Notes: generated by a model from the letters alone, not told the origin. A stretch of 64,000 bases of DNA from Chiloscyllium plagiosum (GCF_004010195.1 NC_057719.1:50200302-50264301), one strand, 5' to 3'. Numbered from the stretch's first letter, positions 13,381-27,450 are shown. Translations and numbers: made by a program.

Positions 13381-15878
13381 TAATTAAGGCCATCCTCAAT
13401 GTAGTCTGTGAGCCAATGCTTTGTCACCTTTTTTCAAGAATACATTCATGAAAGATATTGGAGGTTTGAGAGTGAGAATAGAATCATAACAGAAAACACA
13501 TTTAATACATTAAGCTTTCCTATTTTCTCCTTATCATTATTACAGATGTGCATGTGGCTGGTAATGCCATCCATAATTATTCTTCTGAAAGTAGTCATAA
13601 CTGTTCATTGGATGTCATCTTTTCATGGACAGGACATATTTGGCCAAAGTTACAGACACAAATTGAAATGTCAGTGTTGTAGCTGTCCTTGAGCTCGCGA
13701 TGGTCGTGGCCAAACTGTTCCAAGAGCACATCCACAGAAGTACAGATTCTATCCTACTTGATGTGGTGGTATCTCAAACAGTTTCCATATGGAATATAAC
13801 ATGATCACTCCTCACAATGCTGCCATGGGTAGACATATGATGCACTGAGGATGATAACTGAGATGAGTGAGATAGTAGGAATTGGGAAAAACTCCACACT
13901 GGCTGGAGTCCTTCCCAGCATAAGATAGACATGATCTCTTATATACAACCTCCCATATAAGATGGTTCTGATTATCTGGTCAATCACTTCAGCCCATAGA
14001 CATAATGAATTCCTCAAACCAATTACTTTCTGCTCAATACTGTGTAGTGGCCTTGCTTATGGTGTTCAACAGGGAACAGTACTGATTAGTTATCATGTTC
14101 CCTTGCCCATGTTTGACATGGTGCAGTGAGACTTCATGGGATGCTGGAGTCAAAGTGCACCCCTTCTCAATCTATACTACTGTGTTAACAGAGTAAGACA
14201 CCCTTGTCAGTGATGCCTACATCCAATTTAAAAAAAATCCTTTCCATTTTCTGTTAATCCTTTTCTCTTTTTTCCGCTGTTATTGCTGCTGTACAATCTA
14301 AGTGGAACCAGTCTAGGAAGATCATTGACGCTATTTGTAAATGCCATGCTGTACATGTCATTTACCAAAAGTGTTTTCTGAATGGCAACATGAAATTAAT
14401 TCTTGTTAAGCAGGCAAAGTTAAATTGAGTGGATGAAATAGGAACAGAACCCCCAAACACAGCCAGAGGCCAGTGGCTTTCTTTCCCTCACCAGACTATT
14501 CCAGCTGAAAATTAGTAAGCAATACAAGAGTTAAATTAACGAAGACAGAAAGAGGAAAACGTAGAGGCAGGAATATCATCAATATGAAATAGATGGGAGT
14601 ACAAGTATGACCATATTTGAAACTGTGGATCGGGAAGATATTTTGGCAAATTGAAGTGCATCTTGTAGATAAGCACATGCTTTGCACCAAAGGTGGAAGG
14701 AGTGAGTATTTAAAGGTGGTGGCTAGCTGCCAATCAAATGCTATCTTGTGCAACTCTAACAACACTCTAGAATCTTGAGTCTACTTGTGTGGGTAGGAGT
14801 TAGGGCATTCACTGAATGTTATGGAGAGATGGTCATTTGGTATATTTCTTATCACAAGGTTAGTTGCCACATGGCAACCCTAGCCTGTAAGTTTTCTAGG
14901 TCTTTACACGTGCAAGTGAAGAAATACTGGACACTCCAACGTCACCACATTCACCCTTACAAAGGCAGGGTAGTTACTGAAGTAGCCAAAGATTGTTGAT
15001 ACCCTGATGAATTCCCATTTCAATTTAACCCCAGTGTTGACAAGCTTAGCCCGTACATGTATATTTCTCTCAAAGTAAAGTATACAAAGAGCATTCTATA
15101 ATGAGGGTTGAGCTGATGGGAGAAGAATTGCATTTAGAAAAATCAACAAGTCAACCTTAGTTTAACAAATTCCATACTGGAATCCACAAAACAAAACTCT
15201 CATAGAAACTCTGTACAATGTGATAACACATGGCTTAAAGCAAAAACCAGTTGCTGCATTTTAAAAAAAACTAGACCTGGCCTCTGGACAGTCGCTGTTA
15301 AGTAGTGATACTTTCTAGATTCTGGAAGTCAGATTACATTTTTGAAGGTCTTCAAGCCACTCAAGTTCTGCACAATAGTATAGCTAAGCAAAAATGCCAT
15401 TTCTGGGGGTTTCCTTTTCAACTAGAAGTACAGGAGGGCATTGACTTCCAAATTTTCAACTTCAATTATATGCAGGCTGGTACAAAATGAAACATGGGTT
15501 TTTACAAAAAAAAATATTAGGGGAAGTATACTATGAGGTAACTGCAGTTTGTTGAAGAGTTAAGGAAACGTCAGAGCAGCAAAAGGAATTTTGAAAAACA
15601 TTTGGATGCTAAAGTAAAATTCTTACATTAATATTAGTGTTCTTCAAAATAGAAACACAATTTTCTGTGTCCACTTGAGTGGGCAGACAAGCCTTAATTT
15701 AATGTTGCATTAAAAAGGTGGAACTTCTTGACACTGCATTTTAGTGTGTTGCAGCTTTAGGTTCAAACTGTGTTGAAGTCCCCAAGGTTGGAGCTTCGCA
15801 TTGAATCAGCTAAATGAGGTACGGCAACCGAACCAGAGCTGAAGTACAGGCAGTTGAACATTTGTCAGTTTTTGCATT

Positions 15879-16058
15879 GCTGAAAAAGCGCAGCAGGTCA
15901 GGCAGCATCCAAGGAACAGGAGAACCGACTTTTCGGGCATAAGCCCTTATGCCCGAAACGTCGATTCTCCTGTTCCTTGGATGCTGCCTGACCTGCTGCG
16001 CTTTTCCAGCAACACTTTCAGCTCTGATCTCCAGCATCTGCAGTTCTCCACTTTCTCC
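15879..16058 (+). mobile_element. Fold-back Penelope-derived mini-element with 14-bp TSD
   Basis: Inverted arms centred on ttcgggcataagcccttatgcccgaa; direct repeat tcagtttttgcatt at 15865-15878 and 16059-16072. Confidence 0.85.
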
Positions 16059-16799
16059 TCAGTTTTTGCATTCTCAATACAATATTCTACTTTAGTTTTT
16101 AGAACATTACTATCAAAAGGTCTTCTGCAATTGTATACTGGAAGATGATCTACAATTCTGACCCTGCCTGAATGCTGCTAATTAATGAGCTTATTAAAAA
16201 AGTGTGAAAGTACACTGTATTTAAGTTAACTCGTCTTAAACAGCCTTAAAAACAGTAGTGGAGATGGTCACCATTTTTTAAAAAAAAAACTTAAAAGCTG
16301 TGACTAGACCAGGATTGACAAATACATATCCTTATGACAAGAAATTATGTATTTCCGAAGTGTAAGTAATCTAATCTACTTTTGAAAAATTCTAAGCATG
16401 AAAGAAGTCAAATGTAGCTTTTTCTTTTGAAAGATTTTGGCTGAGACACCAAGAAAGCTCCTGATCTGTGAAATAAAATCTTGCACATCTAATTGAACAA
16501 GCAGATTGGGCTGCAGCTTGGTTTATTTTAAAGATAAATGGTACTCTCCTTTTCAAATATAGATCAGGAAACTATAGGTCATTAAATCCACTGTTGATGA
16601 ACAACTTGTCTATAAGTGACATTATCAAGAACAAATAATACCTGAAGTTCCATTACCATCATAAAATGTCCCAAGGCACTTCACAGAAGCATTAGAAAAC
16701 AACTACCATGCCACACAGCATTACTTCATATGAATAAAATACGAGTCAAAGGATATGTTTTAAAGAGTCAAATTTGAGGTAGAACACTGCAGACATGTT

Positions 16800-19700
16800 C
16801 GACCATAAGATATATCCGTAGACTTAGATCATGCAGCCCATCACATCTGCTCTGCATTCAACCATGGCTGATATGTTTATCAAACCCATTCTCCTGCCTT
16901 CATCCTGTAACCCTTGATCCCCTTACTTGTCAAGAACCAATCTCTGTCCTAAATACACTTAAATGACTTGGCCTCCATAACCCACTGCAGCAATGTGTTC
17001 CTCTGGTTGAAGAAATTTCTCCTCACTTCCGTTCGAAAAGGCACATCCCTTCACTCTAAGGCTGTTCCATCAGGTCCTCATCTCTCTAATAGTGGAAACA
17101 ACTCTGCATCCACTCTATCCAGGCCTCTATATTTTGTGTGTTTCAATCAGATTCCTCCTGCAGCCTTTTCAATTCCATCGAGTACAGACCGAAAGTTCTC
17201 AACTGCACCTCCGATAATAAGCCCTTCATCCTCAGGATCATTGTGAATCTCCTCTGGCATCCCTCCAAGGCCAGCATGTCCGTCCTTAGATACGAGCCTG
17301 AAACTGCTCACAATATTTCAAACATTGTCTTACTGGAGCCTTATTTATCCTCAGCAGTACACCACTGCTCTAGTATTGTAGCCCTTTTGAAATGAATTTA
17401 AAGATTTCATTTGGGTTCCTAACTGCTAAACGAACTTGCATGTAAACCTCAAGAGGCTCCTGAACTAGGACTATATAGTCCCTCAATGCTTCAGATTTCT
17501 GAAACCTTTCCCCAATTAGAAAATAGCATTTGTCTCTATTCTTTCTATTAAAGTGTATAATTTTATACTTTTCCAGACTGTATCACTTCTTTGCCTACTC
17601 TCCTAGCCTGTCCAAGTCCTTCTGCAGCTTCCCCTCTTACTCACCACCTTGCTTTGTAACATCTACAAGCTTGGCAACAATTCCCTCAGTTTCTTCATTC
17701 AGATTATTAATGCTTCACATTGGCTAGCTGCCATTCTGAAAAACAGCTTTTGTCCCTACTCTCTGCCAGTCAGCCAATCCTCTATCTGACCTGCCATGGC
17801 GTACTCTTGCCCCAGCATGATGGTCTTTTAGCAGAATGATTACAGAGTCTTGGCCTGGCGTGGCCTCAGTATGGACTTCGGGTTCAGGATGATTCCTCAA
17901 AATACGGTCCCACCATGACTAATTACTTAAGAACGTAATGCTTGAAGTTTCAGTTTTATTTTTATTTTCAACTTAAAACTAAGATGATATGCAATGTGTA
18001 ATTTTTAACCCTATTTAATTGCAGTAATTATAGTATAGCATAAAACTTTGAACTTTGTTCTTTCTTTCTACCTTGTTCTTAAGATTCTCTACCTAAGTAC
18101 TTTTACATAGGATGGCACCTTGTGTGGTGACATTATACACTTTTCATTGTATCCGTGTACTTTTGTACTTGAGTACACATGATGATAAAATTAAAATCAA
18201 ATCTATGCCAGTATCTTGCAGCTATTTAGGGCTCCTATTTTGCAGCCTCCTATGTGGCATCTTATTGAGGGCTTTTTGGAAATTCAAATAGATCACATCC
18301 ATTGGCTTTCTTATCTAATTTGCTCACTACTTCCTCAAAGAATTCTAATGGATTTGTCAGGCATGACGTCCCCTTGACAAAGCTATGCTGACTCAGCCCT
18401 AGTTAACACACACTTTCAAGTACTCCAGAATCTCTCTCTTACAAATGGACTCCAGAATCTTACCAACAATTGAGGTCAGGCTAACCCATTTCCAGTTTCC
18501 CATCTTCTGCCTCCCTTCCTTCTTAAACAGAGTGTTATATTAGCCATTTCCCAGTCCCATGGCATCCTCCCTGACTCCTGTGATTCCTAAAATATTAAAA
18601 CCAATGCCTCTACAATCTCTTTAGCTATCTCCTTCAGAACTCTGGGATATAGTCCATCTGGGTGATTTATCCACCTTCAGATCTTTCAAGTTCCCTGGCA
18701 CCTTCTCCTTAGTGGTGGCCATTACACTCACTTCTGCCCCCTGATTCTTGCAGGTGTGGGATGTTGCTGGTGTCTTCCACTGTGAAGACTGATGCAAAGT
18801 ACCTATTCAGTTTCTCTGCTATTTCTTTGTTCCCCATTGCTACTATTACAACTTCATTTTCCAGCGGTCCAATGTCCACTCTTTCCTCTCTCTTACTTTG
18901 AGATATCTTTTAAAAAAAAAACCTCTTGCAATCTTTTATATTACACGCTTGTTTACTTTAAATTTTATCTTCTCCCCCTTATTGTTTTAATTATCCTTTG
19001 GTTTTTAAAGGCTTCCCAATTCTCTGGGTTCCCACTAATCTTCACTACATTGTATGCCTTAATGCTGTCCCTGAATTCCTTTGAGAGTCTTGGTTGCTTC
19101 ATCCTCCCCTCCCTATGTTTCTTCTTTTTTTGGTATAAATTTCTGTTGTCTCTCCCAAATTACCCACACAAACGCCTGCTGTTGCTGCTCCATCTTCTCT
19201 GCTAGTTTACCCTTTCAATCAACTGGCCAGTTACTCCATAACTATAATCATAATCTTTGTAGGTATGATTAATCAGTTATAATACTGTTGCGTCTGATTC
19301 AAACTTCTCCCTCTCAAACTGCAAGATGAAATCAATCATATTATAGTCACTGTCCCTTATGGTCCCTAATCAAATTTGCCTCATTACAGATCAATCGACG
19401 TTTCGGGCATGGGGCTCATGCCCGAAACGTCGATTCTCCTGCTCCTTGGATGCTGCCTGACCTGCTGCGCTTTTCCAGCAACACATTTTCAGCTCTGATC
19501 TCCAGCATCTGCAGTCCTCACTTCCTCCTCATTACAGATCAACAAATCTAGAAAACCTGTTCCCTATTGAGCCTTACCACAAGCTGCTCCAAAAATATCA
19601 TCATGTAGACATTCTGCAAATTCCATTTAAGATCCGTAACCAACCTGATTACCCATTCCAGCTGCATGCTGAATTCCTTCATCAATGTTGTAGTAGTGCC

Positions 19701-20620
19701 TTTCATACATGCTTTTTCTATTTCCTGCTTTATTTTCTTCCCCATATCCTGACTACTGCTTGGAGTACCCAACTCCTAACAAGATCTTTTTTTCCTTTGC
19801 AATTCATCAACTGTATCCACACAGATTGTAAGCCTTTCAATTGTATATCACTTCCTATCAATTTAATTTCATTTTGTACTAACAAGGCAACCCTGCCCTT
19901 ACTACCTATCTGCCTTCCTTTGATAGGATGTGTATCCTTGGATAGGATGTGTATCCTTGGATATGTAGTTCCCAGCCCTGATCCTCTTGCAGCTACATCT
20001 CTGTGAAACCTGCAACATCATACCTGCCAATTTCAATCTGTGCTAAAGTCAATTACCTTGTTTCTTATACAGCATGCATTTAAGTACAATCATTGGCCAT
20101 CATCATTCTCATCACCCCATATCTGCTGTGCCAGCAGTTAAGATTCCTGACCCTTTCAGAACACACTGTCTTATTACTTGTTCTGGAATCTTTAATAACC
20201 ATGGCTGAACCTGCCCTCTCCTCCAACTTTAACTTTTTCCGTAATTTTTTCATGAAACTGAACCTACACACCCACTTAATTCAAAGCCCAATCCACAACC
20301 CTAGTTATGCAATTCAGCAGGACTCTGGTCCCTGCATGATTCAAATGGAGCTTCTCACATCAGAACAGCTCCCTCCTTCCCCAGTACTGGTGCTGAATAT
20401 CCTAACCCTGAGGACCAGGCACACAAAACTGCCTTTGGGACTCTCGATCCTGATTATAGAGAACAATGCCAATTCCCTTGATTGTATTACCCCTGATTAC
20501 TGTGATGTCACTATTTTGGGGCCTTGATCCTGGCCTTCAATTTATCCTATTCAGAAAACCTTCGAAACTATGAGCCAAATTCCAGGAGCCAAAGTGAAAG
20601 CAGCTCTTCCACTCTGCAAC
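16800..20620 (-). mobile_element. Long decayed CR1-type LINE (tail to endonuclease region) with nested insertions
   Basis: - strand RT/EN remnants (gatgtgatctatttgaatttccaaaaagcc = DVIYLNFQKA; ORF 19548-19772 resembles the CR1 endonuclease region); 3' tail at ~16800. Confidence 0.85.
19395..19526 (+). mobile_element. Penelope-derived mini-element with short 5' inversion and 16-bp TSD
   Basis: tcgacgtttcgggcatggggctcatgcccgaaacgtcga hairpin; direct repeat cctcattacagatcaa at 19379-19394 and 19527-19542. Confidence 0.85.
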
Positions 20621-21199
20621 AAATTTCCTGACTATATGCTTATCAGGTTGTGATGTCTCCTTCCTGTGAGAATTTACTGACATAGGGAGGAAATTCAACA
20701 GCAAAGAAAATTGGAGTCACTCAAGAGGTGAGACTTAAATAAATTAGTTGTTTTCAAAAGATTGTAAGCATCAAGAATATCAGAGCTAAACAGCAGGGTA
20801 AAGGTAAGGTTGCCATAGTCTTATAAGACTATGGGGCTGCTCTCTCATTAGAGAGACACAACTAGTGCTCATTTAACCTGAGGTTCCATGGCAAGTGTGT
20901 GAATTGAATTCATATTGCTACTGATTGACATTCTCAGATTTCCGATAAATGCTCAAACAATGGGTGCAGGGTTACTTACGAACCACAGTGCAGTTCTTTA
21001 AGGAGACAAAATTCTGCTGAGTTTTATCAAGTGTAATAGAACATTAAATTGTCCAATTAATTAAAAACAAGTTACAGGTGATGTTGCATATGTGGACTTT
21101 GAAACAAGTGTTCAGTAAAATACCACAAGTGACATTTTTGCAAAATTGATTCCCATTGGAAGACGTAGGCAGTGGTAGCATAGATACAAGGGGTGCTTG

Positions 21200-21505
21200 A
21201 ATGCATTAGTTGCACTTATATAGCATCATTCACAATATCTGGATGTCCTAAATAGTGCTGCACAGCCAATTAAATAATTTTAAAGTGTAATTGCTGCTAC
21301 AGTGTAGGAAACATAACATCCAATTTATGCAAAGCAAGTTTTCCCAAACAGAAATTTGATAATGACCGAAAAATCTATTATTGCTAGATTAGTGGAGATA
21401 AATATTGGCTCGGACACTTGCTCTTTGAAATATAGTGCCATGGAATATTTTACATTCATCCAAGAGGGGAGAAAGGCCTCTGTTTAATGTCACAGTCAAA
21501 GGAGA
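21200..21505. mobile_element. Deu-domain SINE remnant (AmnSINE/SacSINE-like); similar remnants near 15660, 16450, 40780, 47280, 49060, 56300
   Basis: Recurrent decayed motif gccatggaatattttacattcatccaagag...gcctctgtttaatgtc resembling the Deu core (recognised from memory, not aligned). Confidence 0.55.
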
Positions 21506-22229
21506 AAAATTTAAGGAGCGGTAGATAATACAAGACTGAAATGTGGAAAACACCAAAGAGCATAAGAAAAATTCAGGGGACGAGACAGACATGTAAAATG
21601 GGTAAACAAATGAAATTAATACAGAGTAACATGGAGGAGATTACAAATAGCATAAATCAGAAAATGCTGGTTGGACCATTTTACAGATACCCTCCCTGCC
21701 GCCACTGATTCCCCAACACAAGTTATGCCATTGGACAGCATGTAAAACAACAAATTATTGGAATTGTAACAAATGCAATGTAAAGAATCTTCATGTAAAC
21801 TGGATCAAACAAATCAACAAAAGGTGATCTGGAAGATGGGTTGGGAGAATACTTTCAAGATAGTTGCCTAGCACACTACAGTGCAACCAACTGAGGAAAA
21901 ACTATTTTGGATTGAGCATTACACAATACAGAAGAATTAGTTAGTAATGTCAGCAAAAGATTCACTATAAACATGTCAACATAATGCAATTGAATTTTAC
22001 ATGAAGATTGAAACAACATATTCCAATCACAAACAAGAATCAAGAAATTTAAGTCAATTATGCTGTTGTGATGGTAAAACAAAAGTTTGATTAAGAAAAC
22101 TGAAAAGTCTACAGTGAATAAAAGGAAACATTAAGAAACAATGCAAAACATTCAACAAAAAAATAGATCCACTTAAAAATTAGCTAAGAAAGATCCATCC
22201 ATAGCTTCCCAACAACATTACAGATAGAG

Positions 22230-22350
22230 TTCTGAAGAAGCATCACTGTACTGGAAACTTTAAACTTTTGATTTCTCTCCACAGCTGCTGCTGGACCCAC
22301 TCACTTTTTCCAGCGATTTGTTTTTGTTTCTGATTTACAGCATCCACAGT
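22230..22350 (+). mobile_element. Older Penelope-derived fragment with decayed hammerhead core
   Basis: ctgaagaagcatcactgtactggaaac followed by tttctctccacagctgctgctggacccact...ttccagc family tail. Confidence 0.6.
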
Positions 22351-22794
22351 TTTTTTTTTAAATTACATTAGAGATGGTGTTAGTTTAAAAGAAAAAGATT
22401 TACATCACCAAGAATAGCAAAAATCCAAAATATTGACAAAAAAGGAGAGTAAACGAGCTAGAAATATAAAGTAAGATTGTACAACTTTTAGAAGTACAAA
22501 AAAGGTGGAGAATAATTAAAGGAAACATGAATCTCTTAGAAGCAAAGACAATGAGAAATGATAGAGATGCTGAATAAATGTTTTGTGCTCATCACCCATA
22601 GTAGAAGAAACTAATTACTTATGAGAAAGGGAAAAATAATTTCGACATTCGGTTCTCAGATTAAAAGTAATAATATCAGCAGAGAACATGCATCAGAGAA
22701 AATTACAGCAAATCCCAGGATCTCATACCTCGATCTTGGCTCTCTTAAAAAAAGACATAACTGCAGTCATAGTGGATGCGCTGGCTATTAGGGT

Positions 22795-24330
22795 TACACA
22801 GTCATATAGCATGGAAACAGATCCTTCGGTCCAACTTATCCATGCCAACCAGCTATCCTAAGTTAATCTTGTCCCATTTGACAGCATTTGGCCCATATTC
22901 TTCTAAACACTTCTTATTCATGTATCCAGATGCCTTTTAAATGTTGTAATTGTACCAGTCCCCACTACTTCCATACAGACACCAGCCTCTTCACAAAAAG
23001 GTTACCCCTGAGGTCCCTTTTAAATCTTTCCCCTTTCACCTCAAACCTATGCCCTCTAGTTTCAGACTCTACCTCCCCTGGGAAAAGACCTTGTCTATTT
23101 ACCCTATCCATGCCCCTCATGATTTATACACCTCTATAAGGTCACCCCTCAGCCTCTGACGCTCAAGGGAAAATTGCACCAGTTTACTTAGCCTCTCCCG
23201 ATAGCTCACAACCTCCAATCCTGGTGACATCCTTGTAAATCTTTTCTGAACCCTTCCACATTTCAATATCCTTCCTATGTCAGAGAGACCAGAATTGCAT
23301 GCAGTATTCCAACAGTGGTCTAACCAATATACGGTCCAGCCGCAACATTACCTCCCAGCTCCTATACTCAATGCACTGACCAATAAAGGCAAGCATATCA
23401 AATGGCGCCTTCACTGTCATATCTACCTGTGACTCTACATTCAAGGAACTATGAACCTGCTCTCTAAAGTCCCTTGTTCAGCAATACTCCCCAGGACCTT
23501 ACCAGTAAGTGTATAAGTTCTGCTCTGATTTGCCTTTCCAAAATGCAAGACCTCACATTTATTTAAACCCCATCTGCCATTCTTCAGCCCATTAGCCTTC
23601 TGATCAAGATCCCATTGTACTCTAAGGTAACCTTCTTTGCTGTCCACTACACTTCCAATTTTGGTGTCATCTGCAAACTAACCATACTTCCTATGTTCAC
23701 ACCCAAATCATTTATATAAATGATGAGAAGCAGTGGACTCGGCACCGATCTTTGTGGCACACTGCTCACAGGCCTCCAGTCTAAAAAGCAATCCTCCACC
23801 AAGGACTTCTACCTTCGAGCCAGTTCTGTATCCAAATGGTTAGTTCTGCCTGTTTCCATGTGATCTGACCTTGCTAACCAGGCTTATCTTGCAGAACCTT
23901 ACCGAACACCTTACTCAAGACAATATGGGTCACGTCCACCACTCTGCCTCATTAATTCTCTTTGTTACTTCTTCAAAAAACTCAATCAAGTTTGAGACAC
24001 TATTTCCTGCGCTATACTGACTATTCTTCATCAATCCATGCCTTTCCAAATACATGTAAATCCTATCCCTCAGGATTCCCTCCAACACTTTACCCAAGAC
24101 TGTGTCAGGCTCACCGGTTTATAGTTCCCTGGCTTTTCTTTGCCACCTTTCGAAAAGTGGCCTCATATTAGCCAACCTTCAGTCTTCTAGCATCTCACCT
24201 GTGGCTACTGATGATACAAATACCTCAGCAATGGGTCCAGCAATCACTCCCTTGCTTCCCACACAGTTCTATGGTACACCTGATCAGGCCCCAGAGATTT
24301 ATCCACTCAGGTCCTGGGGATTTATCCTGA
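22795..24330 (-). mobile_element. CR1-type LINE 3' half; abuts the truncated 3' end of the LTR retroelement
   Basis: ORF 23441-23647 (NKCEVLHFGKAN); tail catatagcatggaaacagatccttcggtcc; RT remnants up to PGPEWI. Confidence 0.9.
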
Positions 24331-25099
24331 CAAGATGAAAAATGGCCAAAATTTTAAAAATCCAACAAATTTCACAGGCATGTTGCAAGGGTATAAATAC
24401 AAAAATAAATAGTAGACAAGTCCAGAGTAATGATGGTTACCAATTGTATTGTACTACAATGTGGTTTGCTGATAATTGATACCAATCATAATTGGGTGGT
24501 ACGATGGCAGGCTGAGAGAGCAGGAGTTTCATGTGTGACAAAGATGGTTACTTGTCTAGGGGCTGTGGCTACAAATTACTACATTTAAAAAAAAACAGAC
24601 TACAGGCTCTAGACTAGTTTGAAAGAAAATGAAATTGAGATTGACCTCAGTATAAGGGTAGGGTTAGTGTCTGAATCAGGCTCACTCTGCCAGTATGTGA
24701 ATTCAGGGAGGTTCCTTGCCTAAGTGGGAGGGTTCGGACTACTGGGATCTTGTTTCTCCATGATGTCTCAAAGTGAATGGTTTAACTAAGGGACTTCCTC
24801 TTTCATGGCCTCTGGGCTAGAGCACCATATTGGACACTTCCTTGGTGGACTACTTTTATTCACTTTTTTCACTTCAAGGCTACTGCACATTGAGGCCTTA
24901 CTCTCCATTTCGGGATGGGAAGGGCCAGTTGAAAGTTGGGATCTGAGGTCGATGCCTTGGAAAGGGTCAGCTCAGGGACGAGGGCTTGCTCAGGATTGGG
25001 AACAGCGATTGGGTCAGGCCCTACATCAACAAGGACTACAGGATAATGATGGGGGTCTGCTTTTTGCAATTCCTCCCAAAAACAGGTGGAACTGGTGAC

Positions 25100-26200
25100 T
25101 ATTACGCTGGGCTTAATAAAATCTTTAATTGGTTTACAAGATACTAGGCTCTGGGAAGACCAGATGGTAAAATTTTATGCATTGACAGGTTTACTATATG
25201 CACAGCAGAATAGACACCTGAATATCTAAGGAATAGGAATATTCCTGGCTGAAAGACCTGCCTACGTCTAGGTTCACATTTGCATCAAAATAAGCCTTAC
25301 TCTGTTTCTTTCTTTTCACTATTTTGATAGCTGCTACCTTCTATGTAGCCTATGCATTATCAAGTTTTTTCTTTTTTTTAAGAGATAAGAGCTGTAACCT
25401 TGGACTCTGACAAGGCTAGGACTAGTCTCGATACCTTGCATGGGCCATCTGGTCATTAAAAAACGCGGGGTTAGCGAGTTGAGCTGCAGAGTGAGTTCAG
25501 AAGGATCCTGAGAGCAAAGGGCAGGGCTGTGTTCCAAGTCATGGTATTTTTGGACAATCTTTCTCAGTCCCCCTTTGAGGGTGTGCTTGATCCTCTGTAT
25601 AATTTTACAGGACCTAGGAGAGTAGGTGACATGAAACCTTTAGGTAATGCCAAATATATTCATCACTGCTTGAATTATCTGGGCCTTGAAGTGGGCATCA
25701 AATTCTGTCCTATGGGGAAGATTCCATCTGGTGAACACACATTGCTTTAAAAGGTCTGCTGTAATTTTACTGGTGTATGTCCAGGTTGGGGAATCTTTCC
25801 CCTTATGAAAGGAGTCTACAATGACCAAGAGATATTTATAGCCCCCTTCACAGGGTGGTAGGGGGAACACGATAATCTACTTGGAGATCGGTTCACAGTT
25901 CTACCACTGGCCCAGTGTGCCTTAATTCTCCTTTCTTGGCATACTTGTTGGGATTGTCCTGGATACAGATACAATTCAACAATACTTTAACATTACTGAG
26001 TTCTTGCCACTAACAATCTCTTAATTCTCTCTGTAGAGTCTTCACTTCCCTGTTGGCCCTGAAAATTGGTGACATTAATAAATTATCTGGTTTTGGTCCT
26101 GGATTGGTACCAGGTTCTGTCCATCTTTAAGGACAACTCCGTTCTTGATGGTCAGTTTGTCTTTCCATTTACAATGTGTTCCCTCCTATTTTTGAATTAT
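25100..26200 (-). pseudogene. Degenerate integrase
   Basis: Zn-binding remnant (CHQ...NCICIQDNP), TDLQVDY/PLPPCEGGYKYLLVIVDSF (ORF 25640-25870), VFTRWNLP, FHVTYSPRS..IIQRIKHTLK. Confidence 0.92.
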
Positions 26201-26202
26201 CA

Positions 26203-26497
26203 ATTAGATTAGATTCTCTACAGTGTAGAAACAGGCCCTTTGGCCCAACAAGTCCACACCGCCACTCCGAAGAGAAACCCACCCAAACCCATTCCCCTAC
26301 CCTATATTTACCCCTGATTAACACTGTGGGCAATTTAGCATGACCAATTCACTTGATTGGTGGGAGGAAACCGGAGCACCCGGAGGAAACCCACGCAGAC
26401 ACAGGGAGAATGTGCAAACTCCACACAGACAGGAAACGAACCCAGGACCCTGGTGCTGTGAGGCAGCAGTGCTAACCACTGAGCCACCATGCCACCC
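26203..26497 (-). mobile_element. HE1-like V-SINE inserted between RNase H and integrase
   Basis: Reverse complement of the 6309 SINE: A/B boxes, V-domain, (aatct)n tail. Confidence 0.92.
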
Positions 26498-26559
26498 CAT
26501 CATTGTTGCGGAACCTGTATAAACTTGACTTTAGTTTGGCTTACAGCAAAATTATGTAA

Positions 26560-26995
26560 TTTGGAATGGCGGGTTGCCATGATTCTTCCCTGTAGGCACC
26601 CTGCTTGGCCGAGTCATCTGCTATTAGTGTTCCCAATTGGGGAAGTTCTACAATGGGCTCTAATAATGCCATAATCACAACTTTGGAAAGTTTGGAAAAT
26701 AAATTTAAGTAGGAATACAGATGGCAAACGTTTTCCATCTTCCAGTGGCAAGAAGTCAGTTAAACTGTTGCAGATACATATATGCTGTCCTACTGTATGG
26801 CTGCCTCTGGGGAGGAACTTGTCACAGTAGCTGACCATGTAGACTCTGACTACTAGTTTGGCAGCTTGAGTGCCCATTTTATCAGGAAGCTCGAGTCTGA
26901 ATTCTACTAGGGGTTCACCTCTGGTTCCCCATTTATATGTCACATCCTGTCTTTCAGTGTTCATCCTCCATCATACAGAATTTATCTACAAATTG
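26560..26995 (-). pseudogene. Degenerate second (retrovirus-type) RNase H
   Basis: FVD..C, TGC; ORF 26614-26964 LPDKMGTQAAKLV...ICNSLTDFLP...DGKRLP...YGIIRAHCRTSPIGN, then shifted IADDSAKQGA (SAQ.AEL, AH, GN..AD..AK motifs). Confidence 0.8.
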
Positions 26996-27019
26996 TTTTC
27001 TTTCTGTCTTCCATTTTGT

Positions 27020-27450
27020 TCCCCTCAGTAGCTCAGGTTGTTGATCAGGAAAGTGGGTAGCTTGGTATATTTGACTGTACTGTCCTTGCCCTGCAACATA
27101 GCGTGCAGCATGCTAAACTAGTTTTGGCTGACCATACCCTTTCTAATTTGACTTTCCAGCAAAAGCAGGATGGGGGGAATTCCATGAGAATGGTTAAGGG
27201 ATGCATACCAATGATTTAGGTTGTGGTTCACTGCAAAGAACACAGCTAACAAGAGCTTCTCAAACAGAGAAGCGCTGTTCTACTGAGGAAAGAAACCAGA
27301 AGGCCTAACCCATCAGTCCATGTCTGTTATAGCATTGTTGGAGGAGCACACTGTGTGTGGCATCTATGACTGCAACTTCTAAGGCAAAGGGATGCTTTGG
27401 GTTGGATACTTGCAGTGTGGGGGGCCTTCATGGAGGCCTGCTTCAGTTCT
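27020..27450 (-). pseudogene. Degenerate Ty3/Gypsy-type RNase H-like tether/connection domain
   Basis: LKQASMKAP.LQVSNPKHPFALEVAV...VLLQ...FLSSVEQRFSV*E/LLLAVFFAV. Confidence 0.75.

Noticed and set aside
19922..19959. 19-bp tandem duplication gataggatgtgtatccttg x2
   Set aside because: Local duplication inside a dead CR1; no sign of function
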